A stretch of 64,000 nucleotides of DNA, taken from assembly GCF_009914755.1 (NCBI RefSeq), contig NC_060925.1. The stretch is one strand, 5' to 3'. Positions 41,881 through 56,972 of this stretch are shown here, one piece after another. Made by a program: the position numbers and the translations under genes. This stretch comes from the human T2T-CHM13v2.0 reference genome, Homo sapiens. How positions within the stretch are numbered: position 1 is the stretch's first letter; the number at the start of each line of letters is the position of its first letter. The notes beneath the pieces are model-generated. The model did no database searches and was not told the origin of the DNA. It saw nothing but the letters and a program-made list of their open reading frames with translations.

Positions 41881-42962
41881 GGGTGCGTTCGACGTTCCCA
41901 CTGGAGAGCGTCCCCAACCTGCAAGGCCGCGAGCTGCGCTCAAAGGGGCCCGTGCGAGCCGCGGGAGGGCAGCGCTCTTGCAGACGCGTTCCTGCCTGGG
42001 ATCGTCCCCAGGTGGGTGGTCGGCCGGCCCCGAGAGGGAAAAGCGCCCACTAAAGGACCGCTAGTACCCACAAGCCTCACGGAGCCATACCTCGGAGCTC
42101 CGTATTAGAACGCAGTCCCTCTGCCCCTCTGTCCTCAGAGATTTGTTTGAAGTGGCTGCGGGAAGTGCAGCCCACACCCACCACCCCCGTGGGAGGCAGG
42201 CTCTACTCCAAGCCCGACCTAACGCTGGAAACCTCAACCCCAAAGCTACCCGAGGGTGCGGACAGCCCCCAGAGGCAACCAACAATATTTAAGGTTCTTG
42301 TAAGAGGTTTCTTGGCCTCCTGGGGCAAATAGTCCTGGATACTTTGTTTTTCAAAGCTGAAATATAAAACCTCCACTGACCCACCTTTAGTAAAGAAGAA
42401 AGATGCAAAGTAAAACAAATGTCATGAAGGCATTGTTCTCTCTGAATTCTGCAAAGCAATAACGAAGTCACAGAAATGTTCAAAGTTGTGCTTTCCTGGT
42501 GACCTTACAAAAAGGAAATACTGTGAGGTGAAGTCCTTCCCACTCAGACTTCAGGCCCTTAGGAAGCAATGAGAGTTGTGTGCCCAGATGTCTTCCTGTG
42601 ACCCTTTGCCATCCATCCATCCGTTCATTCATTCATCTTGCATTCACCATTAATACTGCGCCCTTCTGTGTGCCAGCTAGGAACCTCATCCTTGCAAACA
42701 ACCTGTTAGATAATCTGTCCCCTACCATCAAAGAGATTCTGTTTTCTCTGCAGAGGATGTTTTAATAAGGTTACGTCCCTTACTCCGTGGGTCTTATCCT
42801 ATAGACCATAATAGCCTAATGTGCCTCAAACCTCCCCGGGGCTACAGCTAAGTTTTCATCAGCATGTGAAAATTATTGTTTCATCTAAGTGTTCAGAAAA
42901 TTATTGCGGTGTCTTGCAGTTGAACTGTGTAGAGAGAAGTACAACTTGCGAAGCTAGGGCTA

Positions 42963-43265
<303 letters not shown>

Positions 43266-44164
43266 TCAAACATCACGGTGCTGAAGGGCAACCTGGTAAA
43301 CACAGAAATACTCAACCACCAGCATTTACTGAATACTTGACGCAACAAAGGTGTAGTATGTTGAGTAAGATGTTGCAGGCTAGACTGTAAACACCACTAA
43401 GAGCCTTCTTTTGCTGGGAAAATCTGTTCTGAATCCAAACAACTTACTAACAAAGGCACTTGGGAAACACATTATGTTGCATTATGTTGTACCTTGGGAA
43501 CTTCCTGAACTCGAGGTAATTGCAAAGCAGAACAGGGATCCCACAGAGTTGAATCTGAATCCTTAAAAAAGGAGGAAAGTGAAGAGGGCATGGGGAGCTG
43601 TGTTGCAAAAGGAAAGAGACTTTCCAGATAGATGGTTTTTAACAGCTAGATGGGTCAGATGTGAGGGGAAGGCCAGAAGGTGTTACAGAGAAACAGATTC
43701 AGAGAGGAAAAGCAGTGATAAACAAACAAACAAACAAACACCTATGGGGAGAAGCAGGAAAAGAAAAGACGAGGCAAACGACAACTAAAAAGAAAGATGT
43801 GGCCCCCAATTCCTAGTTTTTAGAAGGTAGCCCAGGGATTATCCACCAGAACCTCCTACAAATCCTTGTTTGGCCTGTGGTGTCTCACTTCTCTACCGAA
43901 ATGTTTTTATTAGCAAAGCCAAATTAAAATTAACATCAAAATGGCAAGGATGAAGGCTGAGGGTGTATTTTGTCTTAGAGATCACTGGCTGGAAAGTCAT
44001 TCAAAACTTTCAACAAACATTTGCTAGTCAGCTTCATGTATACAAGTGTTGTGTTTTGTGTTCCTGGAAACACAAAGAGTTATAACGTTGTTTCTATAAG
44101 GAGGTAAAAGGGGCATTCCACAGTGCTTGATAGAATGAAATTGTGATGGCTGAAAGAACAATTG

Positions 44165-44518
<354 letters not shown>

Positions 44519-45477
44519 TCAGGCAAGGCTTCCTCCTCTCTGGATTTATGGAAAGAGGCCATGTTCCTCTGTCCCCAGCTCACCTTGGGGCTTCAATCAT
44601 ATGGGCAGGAATTCACAGATGTGTTGTTCTTAACTTTGGGAAGTATCTGAACTGAATCTCTGCTGAATTTTGCTCATCTATACTAATTAGCAATGAGGAT
44701 GCCTACAGCAGGTGGATAGTGTGAGAAAGTGGAATGGGAGCTGTAATGTGAGAGATGAAAGTGGTACCTGAAATAACAGTTCTGAGAAAAGACTGAGCAA
44801 ACAGTTAACTCCATAGAAACTACTGGCAAAGAGAGTACAAGAATGGTAGGTGGCCCTGTGGAGTATCTCTCAGTAGTATATGAGTGACTTCAATTGAAAG
44901 TCATGGAAATAGTCCATAAATAAAAAAATCAAAAATAAAAACCAACATGTTGAAAAAACAGAATCTAAGGTAAGCTCCCTGTTTTACTCGGTTTCTGGTT
45001 CATTGTAATTTCATGTACATTCACTTGAGTATTACTTTAGCATACGTGTGAGCTTGGCTAGTGTGATACTGTAGGCAAATATTGTAATTCTCAAGGGGAA
45101 GTTTCAAGCAGAAAATAGGAAGCTAGCATTGTAAATCTTTTACAAATCCTTTCTAAAGAGCATTGGAGATTATGGGATGGAAAGTGATAATCCACCACTA
45201 CTACAGTAAGCATGCTTTAGAGCAGTCACTCAAGACAAAACACCCTAAAGCTCCCATCCAAGCAGGCTTTACTTTCACAACTACTTTACCTACCTTCCAG
45301 TTTTGAGGAAATTCTATCTGGAGACAATAATTGAGGTTTTCTTTTAATACCATTCCTTATTGCCCTCATGACTACTCAGCTCACTGAGGCAAGAGAATCT
45401 ATTTTTTCTGAGAGCATTTATCAAGGGTGGACACAAAAACAACAAAACAACCACCAAAAAAAAACAACAAATTTTTA

Positions 45478-45816
<339 letters not shown>

Positions 45817-46202
45817 TCAGCTTGTAAATAGATTTTTTAAAATTCATAGCAGAAAAACTAATCTTAAACACCAAGGTTTGTGATTTTGCAAAAGATGGGT
45901 TTTCTGGAGCTTCAAAGGGCTAAGTGCAGAAAGAAGTGAAACATGAATGTTTTGTCCATAAACAGTCAATTAGAAGAGAACAGATGAAGAACCAGACCAC
46001 CCTCCCTGGAGGTTAGATAGGGTTTCCTGACCTGGGGAGGAGAATTTGAATTGAAGAAGAGATAGCACTGAAAGCCATGAGCATGGTATTTCTGACCTCT
46101 CACCACTCCTCAGGCTAAGTTATTAGGGACACTTAGGTCTCCGCTCAAGTTTAGGAACCCAGGAATAAAGTGGTAGATTGCATTATTATTTAAAAATATA
46201 TT

Positions 46203-46503
46203 GGCTCGGTGCGGTGGCTCATGCCTGTAATCCCAGCACTTTGGGAGGCAGGGGTGGGTGGATCACAAGGTCAGGAGATCAAGACCATCCTGGCTAACAC
46301 GGTGAAACCTCATCTCTACTAAAAATACAAAAAATTAGCTGGGCATGGTGGCAGGCGCTTGTAGCCCCAGCTACTCAGGATGCTGAGGCAGGAGAATGGC
46401 ATGAACCCGCAAGTCGGAGCTTGCAGTGAGCCGAGATCATGCCACTGCACTCCAGCCTGGGCGACAGAGCAAGACTCTGTCTCAAAAAATAAAAAATAAA
46501 AAA
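46203..46503 (+). mobile_element. AluY-like
   Basis: gaccatcctggctaacacgg, gaatggcatgaaccc, gagcttgcag diagnostics; TSD taaaaatatat. Confidence 0.95.
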
Positions 46504-46519
46504 TATATAAGCTGCCCCT

Positions 46520-47150
<631 letters not shown>

Positions 47151-47157
47151 AATAGAG

Positions 47158-47687
47158 AAGAGGTCCCCAACCTTTTTGGCACCAGGGACCGGTTTTGTGG
47201 AAGACAATTTTTCCATGGACAGGGGTGGGGGATGGTTTCAGGATGATTCAAGCACATTGCATTTATTATGCACTTTATTTCTATTATTATTACCTTGTAA
47301 TATATAATGAAATAATTATACATCTCACCATAATGTAGAATCAGTGGGAGCCCTGAGCTTCTTTTCCTGCAACTAGACAGTCCTATCTGGGGGTGATGAG
47401 AGACTGTGACAGATCATCAGGCATTAGATTCTCATAAGGAGCCGCACCTAGATCCCTCGCACGTGCAGTTCACAATAGGGTTTGTGCTCCTATGAGACTC
47501 TATAATAATGTCACTGGTAAATCTCACAGGAGGTGGAGCTCAGGCAATAATTCAAGTGATGAGGAGTGGCTGTTAATACAGATGGCGCTTTACTCACTGG
47601 CCCACTGCTCACCTCCTGCTGTGTGGTCCTGTACCTAACAGGCCAAGGACTGGTACTGGTCTGTGGCCCCAGGGTTAGGGACCCCTG
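47158..47687 (+). mobile_element. MER1A hAT-Charlie DNA transposon
   Basis: TIRs ggtccccaacc / ggttagggacccctg; ~530 bp; characteristic internal sequence. Confidence 0.88.
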
Positions 47688-48187
47688 AAATATTGTACTG
47701 TGCCCTGCTTTCCATCTGAGACTTGGATAGAAAATATTAATGGAAGTGCTTCATACCAACCTGATATGGGGAGCAGCAGTACTGAAGTGGTGACATGGCA
47801 GAAATAGACACAGGAGGGACTGAATCCACAGTTTCCTGTGAGCCCCAGAGTGATGGAGAATAGCACTCAAGTCAGTTCTTTGCTGCTAAATACCTAAAAG
47901 GAAACCTGGGTGGTGAATGCAGCAGGGACAGAGGCCAGCATCCAAAGATTAGGAGGGAGAATCACCCCCAAAGGAATGTAGTGAGCCAGGTGTTTACCAC
48001 CCACCCACTCTACCCCAACACCTGAACACCTTAAAATCTCTTTAGAACCTAGATGCCACACGGAGAAAATGAGAGGGGCAGAAGCCTAAATATAAACTTA
48101 AAATGACTGAGACTGTTGCATTTGCCCAAGTTTACCTGGAAAGCCATACGACTAAATTATTCAGTCAGTGATAAAAATAGTGGGTTC

Positions 48188-48504
<317 letters not shown>

Positions 48505-49573
48505 TCAAGATAGAATTCAGATCCGCTTTTACAAAAATAGTTGTATGTTTGTCTGCCTAAGTTTGCAGCCTGAGATATGTATACACACTTCACCAAGATA
48601 AGAGAACATTATGGAGACTCCATGAGTTCAACAACTGTGGAATGCTGAGGGTCCACCTAGGCAAAGATGAAGTCATGTGTGGACAATGATAGCAGCTTGT
48701 ATAGTAGACTACCTTCCCCCAAGCCTGATGTCCATGCTATGCCTAGATATTGGCTTTGCCTAAGGCAGCCATCAAGGATCTGCTTCTAGCAACACATTCA
48801 GCTGCACAAATATTTATTCTAGTAAACCTGAAAAAGGAAATAGTTGTAAATAAATCCTGCCAGAATTTTCTTCATTCTATGCACTAAACTTTTTTCCTTG
48901 TTTTGCAAAAGAAAGCTGTAATATGACACTAACATTCTCATCTCCGGGATTGATTTTTTTTCAATTGGATTTGAGGGGCACTGGCCAGATTAATATTTAA
49001 TGTTTTTGTGTAATTTGAATACTAACACAGTAGACTAAGATAATGTGAATGCACTATAAAAAAAAATCAGAGCTTTAACCTTTAGTTCCTCTGAAATAGA
49101 GGGCTGATGCCTTTAAAATGGAAGATCAAGGGCTAAGAAGTTTTCAGGCTTTGATGTCATACAGTTTGAAATAAAAAATATATACGATTAAATAGGATTC
49201 TATAATATTATGACAGAAACATATTAAAACAAGTAAATCACACAATTTTATACTTCACTTTGAAAGAATTTAGTTATTACTTACCAGCAAGAAAATATGT
49301 CATGATAAATGATCTTGCTATAATAGATTTTCTAGGAGGTTCAATATTAGGTTTTTTAATTACTTGGACATGGCTTACTTTCATTATGCTGTGTTGTGAT
49401 AGAACTAGTATAGCAAAGGCGAATAACAATGACGGGTACAAAGTATAAATATGAGTGAGGAAAATAATGACCAATGTGTGTAGAAATAAGCATATAAGTA
49501 AAAAGTTGTGAAAAACAAAAGAATAAAACTGAAACATGTTATAGGACTTAATTAAAGTGCCCATGACTTCTAA

Positions 49574-49885
<312 letters not shown>

Positions 49886-50360
49886 TTCAAGTTTGAAAAC
49901 TTTTATACGTTCTACCATATTTACTAGTTAAAAACCTTGGCCAATTTCACTCAGTCTCTACAATTATAAATGGAGTAATAGTACCTACCACCAAATGCAG
50001 TGGAAATTAAAAAGATAAAATATATTGTGGTAATTTTTTAAATGTGCTTATTACCTGGAAAAAAACAATTATTTCATGATGATAAAATGATCAACTCATC
50101 AAATAATGAACCTTCAAACTATATGAAATAAAAATTATCAGAGCCAAAGGGAGAAATAGACAAATCCCTAATTATAGTTGGAGATTCTAACACTTCTCAA
50201 TAGTTGATAGGACAGGTAGACAAAAAAATAAGGTTATAGAAGATTTGAACAACCCCATCAACTAACTTACCTGATTGGTGTTTATAAACGTTAACACCCA
50301 TCAACTACACAATATGTGTTTTCAAGTACACATGTAATATTCACCAAGATAGGCTATGTA

Positions 50361-50542
50361 TTTTTTAAATTTTTTATTTCCATAGTTTTTGGGGAACAGG
50401 TGGTATTTGGTTGCATGAGTAAGTTCTTGAGTGGTGATTTGTGAGATTTTGGTGCACCTTTCTCTCGAGCAGTATGCACTGAACCCAATTTCTAGTCTTT
50501 TATCCCTCACCCCCTTCCCACCCTTTCCCCTTGAGTCCCCCA
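50361..50542 (-). mobile_element. L1PB-like 3' end nested in L1M
   Basis: ttggggaacaggtggtatttggttgcatgagtaagttc...; flanks aagataggctat / aagatagaccat. Confidence 0.8.
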
Positions 50543-50838
50543 AAGATAGACCATATTTTGAATCATAAAACAAGTTTCAATAAATCTAAAATAATTGAAA
50601 TTATTCTCTGGCCAAAATGATAGTAAATTAGATGCCAACAACAAAAAGATATCTTTAAAATCCACAAATATTTGGAAATTAGGTGACACACATATAAATA
50701 ACCCATGGATCAAAGAAGGAATCACAAGAGAATTTAGAAATTTTGAACAGAATAATAATGAAAACATTACATATCAAAATTTATGTGTTGCAGCCAAAGC
50801 AGTACTTAAAAAGATGTTTATAGTTTTAATTGGTTATA

Positions 50839-50931
50839 CAGATGCTTCTCTACTTATGATGAGGTTATGTACAGATAGACCAATTTTAAAGTAAAAAAAA
50901 AAATCATAAGTCAAGCCATAGGTGCCACCTG
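50839..50931. mobile_element. Short TcMar-Tigger MITE (Tigger4/MER46-like)
   Basis: TA|cagatg ... cacctg|TA ends, with cttatgatgaggtta internal motif. Confidence 0.6.
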
Positions 50932-51290
50932 TATTAGAAAAAAATAAAGTGAAAAAATTAACGATGTAAACATCTGCCTTAAAAGGCTAGAAAAAAGAAG
51001 AGCAAAATCAACCCAAAGAAAGTAGAAAATGGAAATAAAAGAACAAGAATGGAAAGCAATTAAAGAGAAAACAAACAGTAGGGAAAACCAAGAGTTGTTC
51101 TGTTGAAGAGATTGATAAAACTGATATTCTCATAGTAGATTGGTCAAGATAAGGAAGAAAACCCCACAAATTGTCAAATCAGTAATGAAAGGGGAACATC
51201 ACTATTGTTCCTACACACATCAAAAAGTTCAAAAATAATATTAGATAAATTTGACAAGTTGATGAAAAGGACAAATTCCTTTAAAAACAT

Positions 51291-52055
51291 TGAGAGGTGA
51301 AGCCAGCTGAGCTTCTGGGTCAGGTGAAGACTTGGAAAACTTTCGTGTCTAGCTAAAGGATTGTAAATGCACCAATCAGCACTCTGTGTCTAGCTAAAGG
51401 ATTGTAAACACACCAATCAGCACTCTGTAAAAACGCACCAATCAGTGTTCTGTGTCTAGCTAAAGGATTGTGAATGCACCAATCAGCACTCTGTAAAAAC
51501 GCACTAATCAACACTCTGTAAAATGGACCAATGAGCACTCTGTAAAATGGACCAATCAGTGCACTGTAAAATGGACCAATCAGCAGGATGTGGGCGGGGC
51601 CAAATAAGGGAATAAAAGCTGACCACCCCAGCTAGCAGCGGCAACCTGCTCACGTCACCTTCCACGCTGTGGGAGCTTTGTTCTTTTGCTCTTTGCAATA
51701 AGTCTTGCTGTTGCTCACTCTTTGGGTCTGCAGTACCTTTATGAGCTATAACACTCACCGCAAGGGTGTGCAGTTTCATTCCTGAAGTCAGCAAGACGAT
51801 GAACCCACCATGAGGAACAAACAACTCCAGACTAAAGAGGTGTGACACTCACTGCGAAGGTATGCGGCTTCACTCCTGAAGTCAGTGAGACCACAAACCC
51901 ACTGGAAGGAAGAAACTCTGGACACATCTGAACATGTGAAGGAAGAAACTCCGGACACACCATCTTTAACAGCTGTAACATTCACTGCGAGGGTCCACCG
52001 CTTCATTCTTGAAGTGAGACCAAGAACCCACTGGAAGGAATAAATTCCAGACACA
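51291..52055 (+). mobile_element. LTR12 (ERV9) solo LTR
   Basis: tgagaggtgaagcc start and gacaca end; 4-bp TSD ACAT; tandem CCAAT repeats, GC box and AATAAAA TATA-like element. Confidence 0.93.
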
Positions 52056-52578
52056 ACATGACTTACCAAAACTGATAGAAAAAGCAATAAGATGTCTGGC
52101 TAGCATTATGCTTATCAAAGAAATTGAATACGTAATGGAAAACCTCATGAACAGAACTCTAGGTCCAGAAGGCTTCGCTCATGAATTGTATCAAATATTT
52201 AAGAAGAAAATAATAATTATCTTATAAAAACTTTCTGAGGAAATATAGGAAGGAAAATTTCTCTACCTATTTCATGAGGCCCGCATAGCTTTAATAGCAA
52301 AACCTGACAAGAAGATTATGAAAGAGGAAAATTATAGAGTAATACCATTTATGAAGATAGAATACAAATTCTCCAAAAAATTAGCAAATAAAATGTAGCA
52401 ACATATGCAGATAATATAGCATGACTGAGATTTAACTCATTAATGTATGGTTGTTTCAACATTTTAAAAATCAAAGTTCAGTAATTCACCAGATTAATAA
52501 AATAAGCATTAAAATTATATCATAATTTCAATTTATGACAAAATACAGTTGGCAAAAGCTAGCACCTGTGGATTATTG

Positions 52579-52891
52579 TTTTTTGATTTGTTTTGTTTTG
52601 TTTTGGTTTTTGAGACTGAGTCTGACTGTGTCACCCACAATGGAGTGCAACGGCAGATCTTGGCTCACTGCAACCTGTGCCTCCCAGGCTCAAGTGATTC
52701 TCTGCCTCAGCCTCCTGAGTAGCTGGGATGACAGGCGCCCACCACTATGTGTGGCTAATTTTTGTATTTTTAGTAGAGACGGGGTTTCACCATGTTGGCC
52801 AGGCTTGTCCTGAACTCCTGACCTCAGGTGATCCACCTGCCTCAGCCTCCCAAAGTGCTGGGATTACAGGCGTGAGCCACCTCACCTGGCC
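52579..52891 (-). mobile_element. Alu (AluS-type)
   Basis: (GTTTT)n tail plus Alu reverse complement. Confidence 0.95.
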
Positions 52892-52919
52892 CCATTTTTT
52901 GATTTAAAAAAAAAAATAC

Positions 52920-53225
52920 CAGCAGGACATGGTAGCTCACACCTATAATCCCAACACTCTGGGAGGCTGAGGTGGTGAATTGCTTGAGTCCAGATGTTCA
53001 AGACCAGCCTGGGCAATGTGGCAAGACCCCATCTCTACAAAACATACAGAAAATTAGCAGGGTGTGGTGTGGTGGCACATGCCTATAGTCCCAGCTACTC
53101 AGGAGGGTAAGGTAGGAGGATCACTTGGGTTGAGGAAGTGGAGGTTGCAGTGAGCCAAGATCACGCCACTGCATTCCAGCTTGGGCAACTGAGCAAGACC
53201 CTGTCTCAAAAAAGTAAAAAATAAA
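52920..53225 (+). mobile_element. Alu (AluJ-like)
   Basis: Dimeric Alu with A-rich tail. Confidence 0.94.
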
Positions 53226-53609
53226 ACTTAGCAAAGTAGAAGTAGAAGGAAATTTTTCTCAGTTTGATAAAAGGCATCTATGAAAGACCTACTGCTAACA
53301 GCATGGCTAATGGCAAAATATTGAACACTTTATATGTAAGATCAGGAACAAAGCCAAGATGTTTATTTTCACTCCTCCTATTTGACATTCTACAGGAAAT
53401 TCTACCTGTGTAAAAAAGCAGTTAAATGAAATAAAAAGTCATCCAGATTGGCAATACATAAAGAGCTACACCATGTTGATGGGTTAAGATTTTAATTCTC
53501 CCCAATTCAATCTGTAGAATCAACGCTATCTAATCAGAACTCCACCAGGCCTTTTTGCAGAAATTGACAAACCGATTCTAATTTTATATAAGAAAGCAAA
53601 GGACCTTTT

Positions 53610-53946
53610 GGATGAAGCTGGAAACCATCATCCTCAGCAAACTAACACAAGAACAGAAAACCAAACACCTCATGTTCTCACTCATAAGTGGGAGTTGAAC
53701 CATGAGAACACATGGACACAGGGAGGGGAACATCACACACAGGGGCCTGTTGGGGGTTAGGGGAAGAGGAGGGAGAGCATTAGGACAAATACCTAATGCA
53801 CGTGGGGGTTAAAACCTAGATGACAGGTTGATAGGTTCAGCAAACCACAATGGCACATGTATACCTATGTAACAAACCTGTACATTCAGCACATTTATCC
53901 CAGAACTTAAAGTAAAATTTAAAAATAATAAGTTTAAATAAAATAA
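53610..53946 (+). mobile_element. L1PA 3' fragment
   Basis: ggatgaagctggaaaccatcatcctcagcaaact ... cccagaacttaaagtaaaa. Confidence 0.93.
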
Positions 53947-53983
53947 TTTTTAAAAAGCTTCTTTATTCCATGGTTTTCTCTCG

Positions 53984-54056
53984 AAAGGAAGGAAGAGAGA
54001 GAGAGGGAGAGAGAGAGAAAGAGAGAAAGAAAGAAAGAAAAAGAAAGGAAGGAAAG
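53984..54056. repeat. GA-rich simple repeat
   Basis: (GA)n/(GAAA)n run. Confidence 0.85.
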
Positions 54057-55872
54057 GACCTAAAATGACCAAAAAAATTTTGAAAAAGAAATCAAAGTTG
54101 GAGGATTTATACTACTTGATTTCAAGGCCATAAAATTACAGTAATCAAGACAGTGTGATATTGAGGCAGGGTTAGTTAAGTAGATCGCTGGGACAGAATA
54201 GAGTCCAAGAATAGTCTTCCACATATATAGTCAATTGATTTTCAACAAAGGAGCCAAGGTAATTCAATAGCGAAAGCATAGTCTTTCAACAAATGGTACC
54301 AAAACAACTAGGTATCTATATGGAAAAATTAGATGAACCTCCACCTCAATTTCATACCAAAAATTAATTAGAGATAAATCATAGACCTATGCATAAAATG
54401 TAAAATTATAAAATTTCTAGAAGAAAGGTTATAGGACACTATAATGAGAGAGGCAAAAATTTATGAGACAAGAAACAACACTAAAAGAAAAAAATTAATA
54501 AATCAGACTTCAAAATTATAAACGTCTGGTCTTCAAAAGATACCATCAAAAAAATGAAAATGCAATCCATAGACTGGGAAAAAATATTTCTTCTACACGT
54601 GTTTGATAAAGGATTTGTATCTGGAATACACAGAGATCTCCTAAAAATTAATAATAAAAAGATAACCCAATTTAAAAGTGAGCAAAATACTTGAACTGGC
54701 ACTTTGCAAAAAGAATGTAAATGAATGGCTAATAGACCCACAGAAAGATTATCAAAAGGCACCAGGGAAATAAAAATTAAAACTTCCATGAGATATCACT
54801 TTGCATATACTATAATGACTAAAATTGAAAAGACTAAAAATGTCAAATGTTGGTGAAAAGTAAACCAACTAGGAGTCTCATACATTGTCAATGGGAGTAA
54901 AAAATGGTACAACCATTTTGAAAACCTATTTGGCAGTTTCTTACAAATTTAACCTACTAAGTCCTACTCTATGACTTAGTAACTCTACTCATAATTGTTT
55001 ACTCAAGGGAAATGAAAACACATGTTCATAAAAAGACTTGTATAGTAACATTCATAGCAGCTCTATTTGTAATAGGTAAAAACTGGAAACAACACAAATG
55101 TCCATCAACAGGGGAACGGATAAATAAATTATACATCTACACAATGGAATGCTACTCTATTAAAAAAGAAGCAATGGACTATGGATACCACAATAGCTGG
55201 GACAAGTATCAAAAGCATTAGGATGAATAAAAGAAGACAGACATAAAAGAGTGCATAGTGTGTTATTCTATTATATGAAGTTCTAGAACAAACAAAACTA
55301 AAGTATAGTGAGAGAAATCAGAGTAACGGATTCACTGAAAAGAGTCACAAGACAACTTCTGGGGGTGATGGAAATGTTCTATATTATGATTTTTTTTCAA
55401 AATCATTGATCTTCCCACTAAAAATTGGTATTTGTTATGATTCTCTCTACTTTGGGGTATATTTTTCATTTCTGTAATAACATTTTATGGAAATTATAAA
55501 ATATAAAATGATTCTAGTTAGTGATTTTAATGGCTTTTTTTCCATTTATATTATGGATGAAGTCCCAAAGGCCTAGAATAAAATAGATAGCAGGATTCTG
55601 TATTCTTAAATGACCTGATAGACCCCACTTGTGCAAGTATAATAAATGATTGTAAAACTATTTCTTTCAGCACTGGCAATCTGTCCCCTCCAGTCTATAA
55701 AAGAATGCAAGTGGAAGAGGTCAAGCAAGGGGATTTCTTTGAAAAATATAAATGAAATAGGTGCTTTATCTCCCCCACTCCCAAGCAAAAGAGAAGTGTG
55801 TGTGCTTCCCCTAGATCTCAAGCAAATGAGAACAACATAACATTCAATAAACCTGACATATATGCTCCAGAG

Positions 55873-56039
55873 CCTTGCTACTCAAAGCGTGGTGCATGGA
55901 GCAGCAGCATAGGCATCACCTAGTTGCTTGTTAGAAATGCAGAATCTCAGTCCCCAACCTAGACTTGCTGAATCAGAATCTGCATTTTAACAATATTCCC
56001 CAGGTGACTGGTATAGGCATTAAAGTTCGAGAGGCACTG
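55873..56039. mobile_element. MER5A hAT-Charlie DNA transposon
   Basis: cttgttagaaatgcagaatctc...gaatcagaatctgcattttaaca; flanks ctccagag / ccctagag. Confidence 0.88.
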
Positions 56040-56972
56040 CCCTAGAGTTTAGGTGAGCATAAGGATCAGAATGAGGAGCTGTGCCAAGTTGCCCTGAGCT
56101 GGCTGAGCAGAGAGGAGAAAAAGGCCACATTGGGAGCAAGCCGCACTTTCATTCATGGCAGCACAGAGGCTGTTCGTGTTTTCATGAGCCAAAAGGTATT
56201 CACACAGTGTGCCATCAGCCTGAGGCTGGATTTAAGGGGAATTTGCTGCAGAGGCCTCCTTGAGAGCAACGTGATTCATAGGGGGAAATACAAGAGGCTA
56301 GGGTCAAGACTGGAGAAGTGTGGAACTAACTACAAGTAAGGCATTTCTGACTCATGGGAATTTATTCTAATTGTCGGGGGAGGGAAGGAGTGTTATCTCT
56401 GAGAAACCCAGAAAAGCATCCTATGAGAAAAAGAGACAGCAATTGAGTCCCTGTACCGACGGACAGTATCAGCCTTAGAATATGCCCTTTTTCCTGTTCC
56501 TCTAACTACCTGGGTTAGAACATGGAGAGATTCGAAACTAAGGCTACTGACTAGAGGGACACAGACAAGGAGAAGAAAATGAAAGACAACCAGACTCCCC
56601 TCTTCCATTTCAGTTTCTTGACTTGAAAAACGCAAACCTTGGAAGGAGAGAAGGTTTAATTTTGAATGAAATTCAGAAATTTAATTATTATACCAGGTAG
56701 GTCATTATAGTTACTGAAACAAGACTGTTCTTTGTCTGAAAATAATCACAAGATGCCTAGTTATCTAATAACAATTAGAATATTTATGAGACCTGTCCAA
56801 GATTTCACCCAAAAGATAGGTAAAAGGCTAGACTATATATTAGGTTTAAATGGGTAATTTGGGAAATACTGTATTTATCTTCTGTTCACATGTGAGTTCA
56901 TCCTGTTAAAAAAAAAAAAACTAAAAATATAGGAAGACACTTTAAAAAGAAAATATGTCAGTATAAAAACAG

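Larger units (their letters stand above)
41280..42270. promoter_or_regulatory. LPAR3: CpG island / LPAR3 promoter
   Basis: About 1 kb of very GC- and CpG-rich sequence in an otherwise CpG-depleted window; no evident TATA box. Confidence 0.92.
50090..55480 (+). mobile_element. Long decayed L1M (ORF2 to 3' UTR) hosting multiple nested insertions
   Basis: Colinear ORF2-like sequence (e.g. the ORF at 50595-50894 with ...IWKL...NNPWIKE..., and 55012-55221 ...FIAALFVIGKNWKQ..CPS) interrupted by L1PB, a MITE, LTR12, Alus and L1PA. Confidence 0.88.

Noticed and set aside
41286-42053. 255-aa plus-strand ORF and other overlapping ORFs in the CpG island
   Set aside because: Non-ATG start, low-complexity Pro/Ala/Arg/Gly composition and no recognisable domain; long ORFs are expected where GC richness depletes stop codons.
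48700-49560. AT-rich unique stretch with short ORFs as a possible processed pseudogene
   Set aside because: No recognisable protein similarity, poly-A tail or TSD; cannot be supported without a database search.
51340-51585. Regularly repeated units resembling a CRISPR-like array
   Set aside because: They are the normal tandem CCAAT-containing U3 repeats of LTR12, with no unique spacers, in a eukaryotic context.
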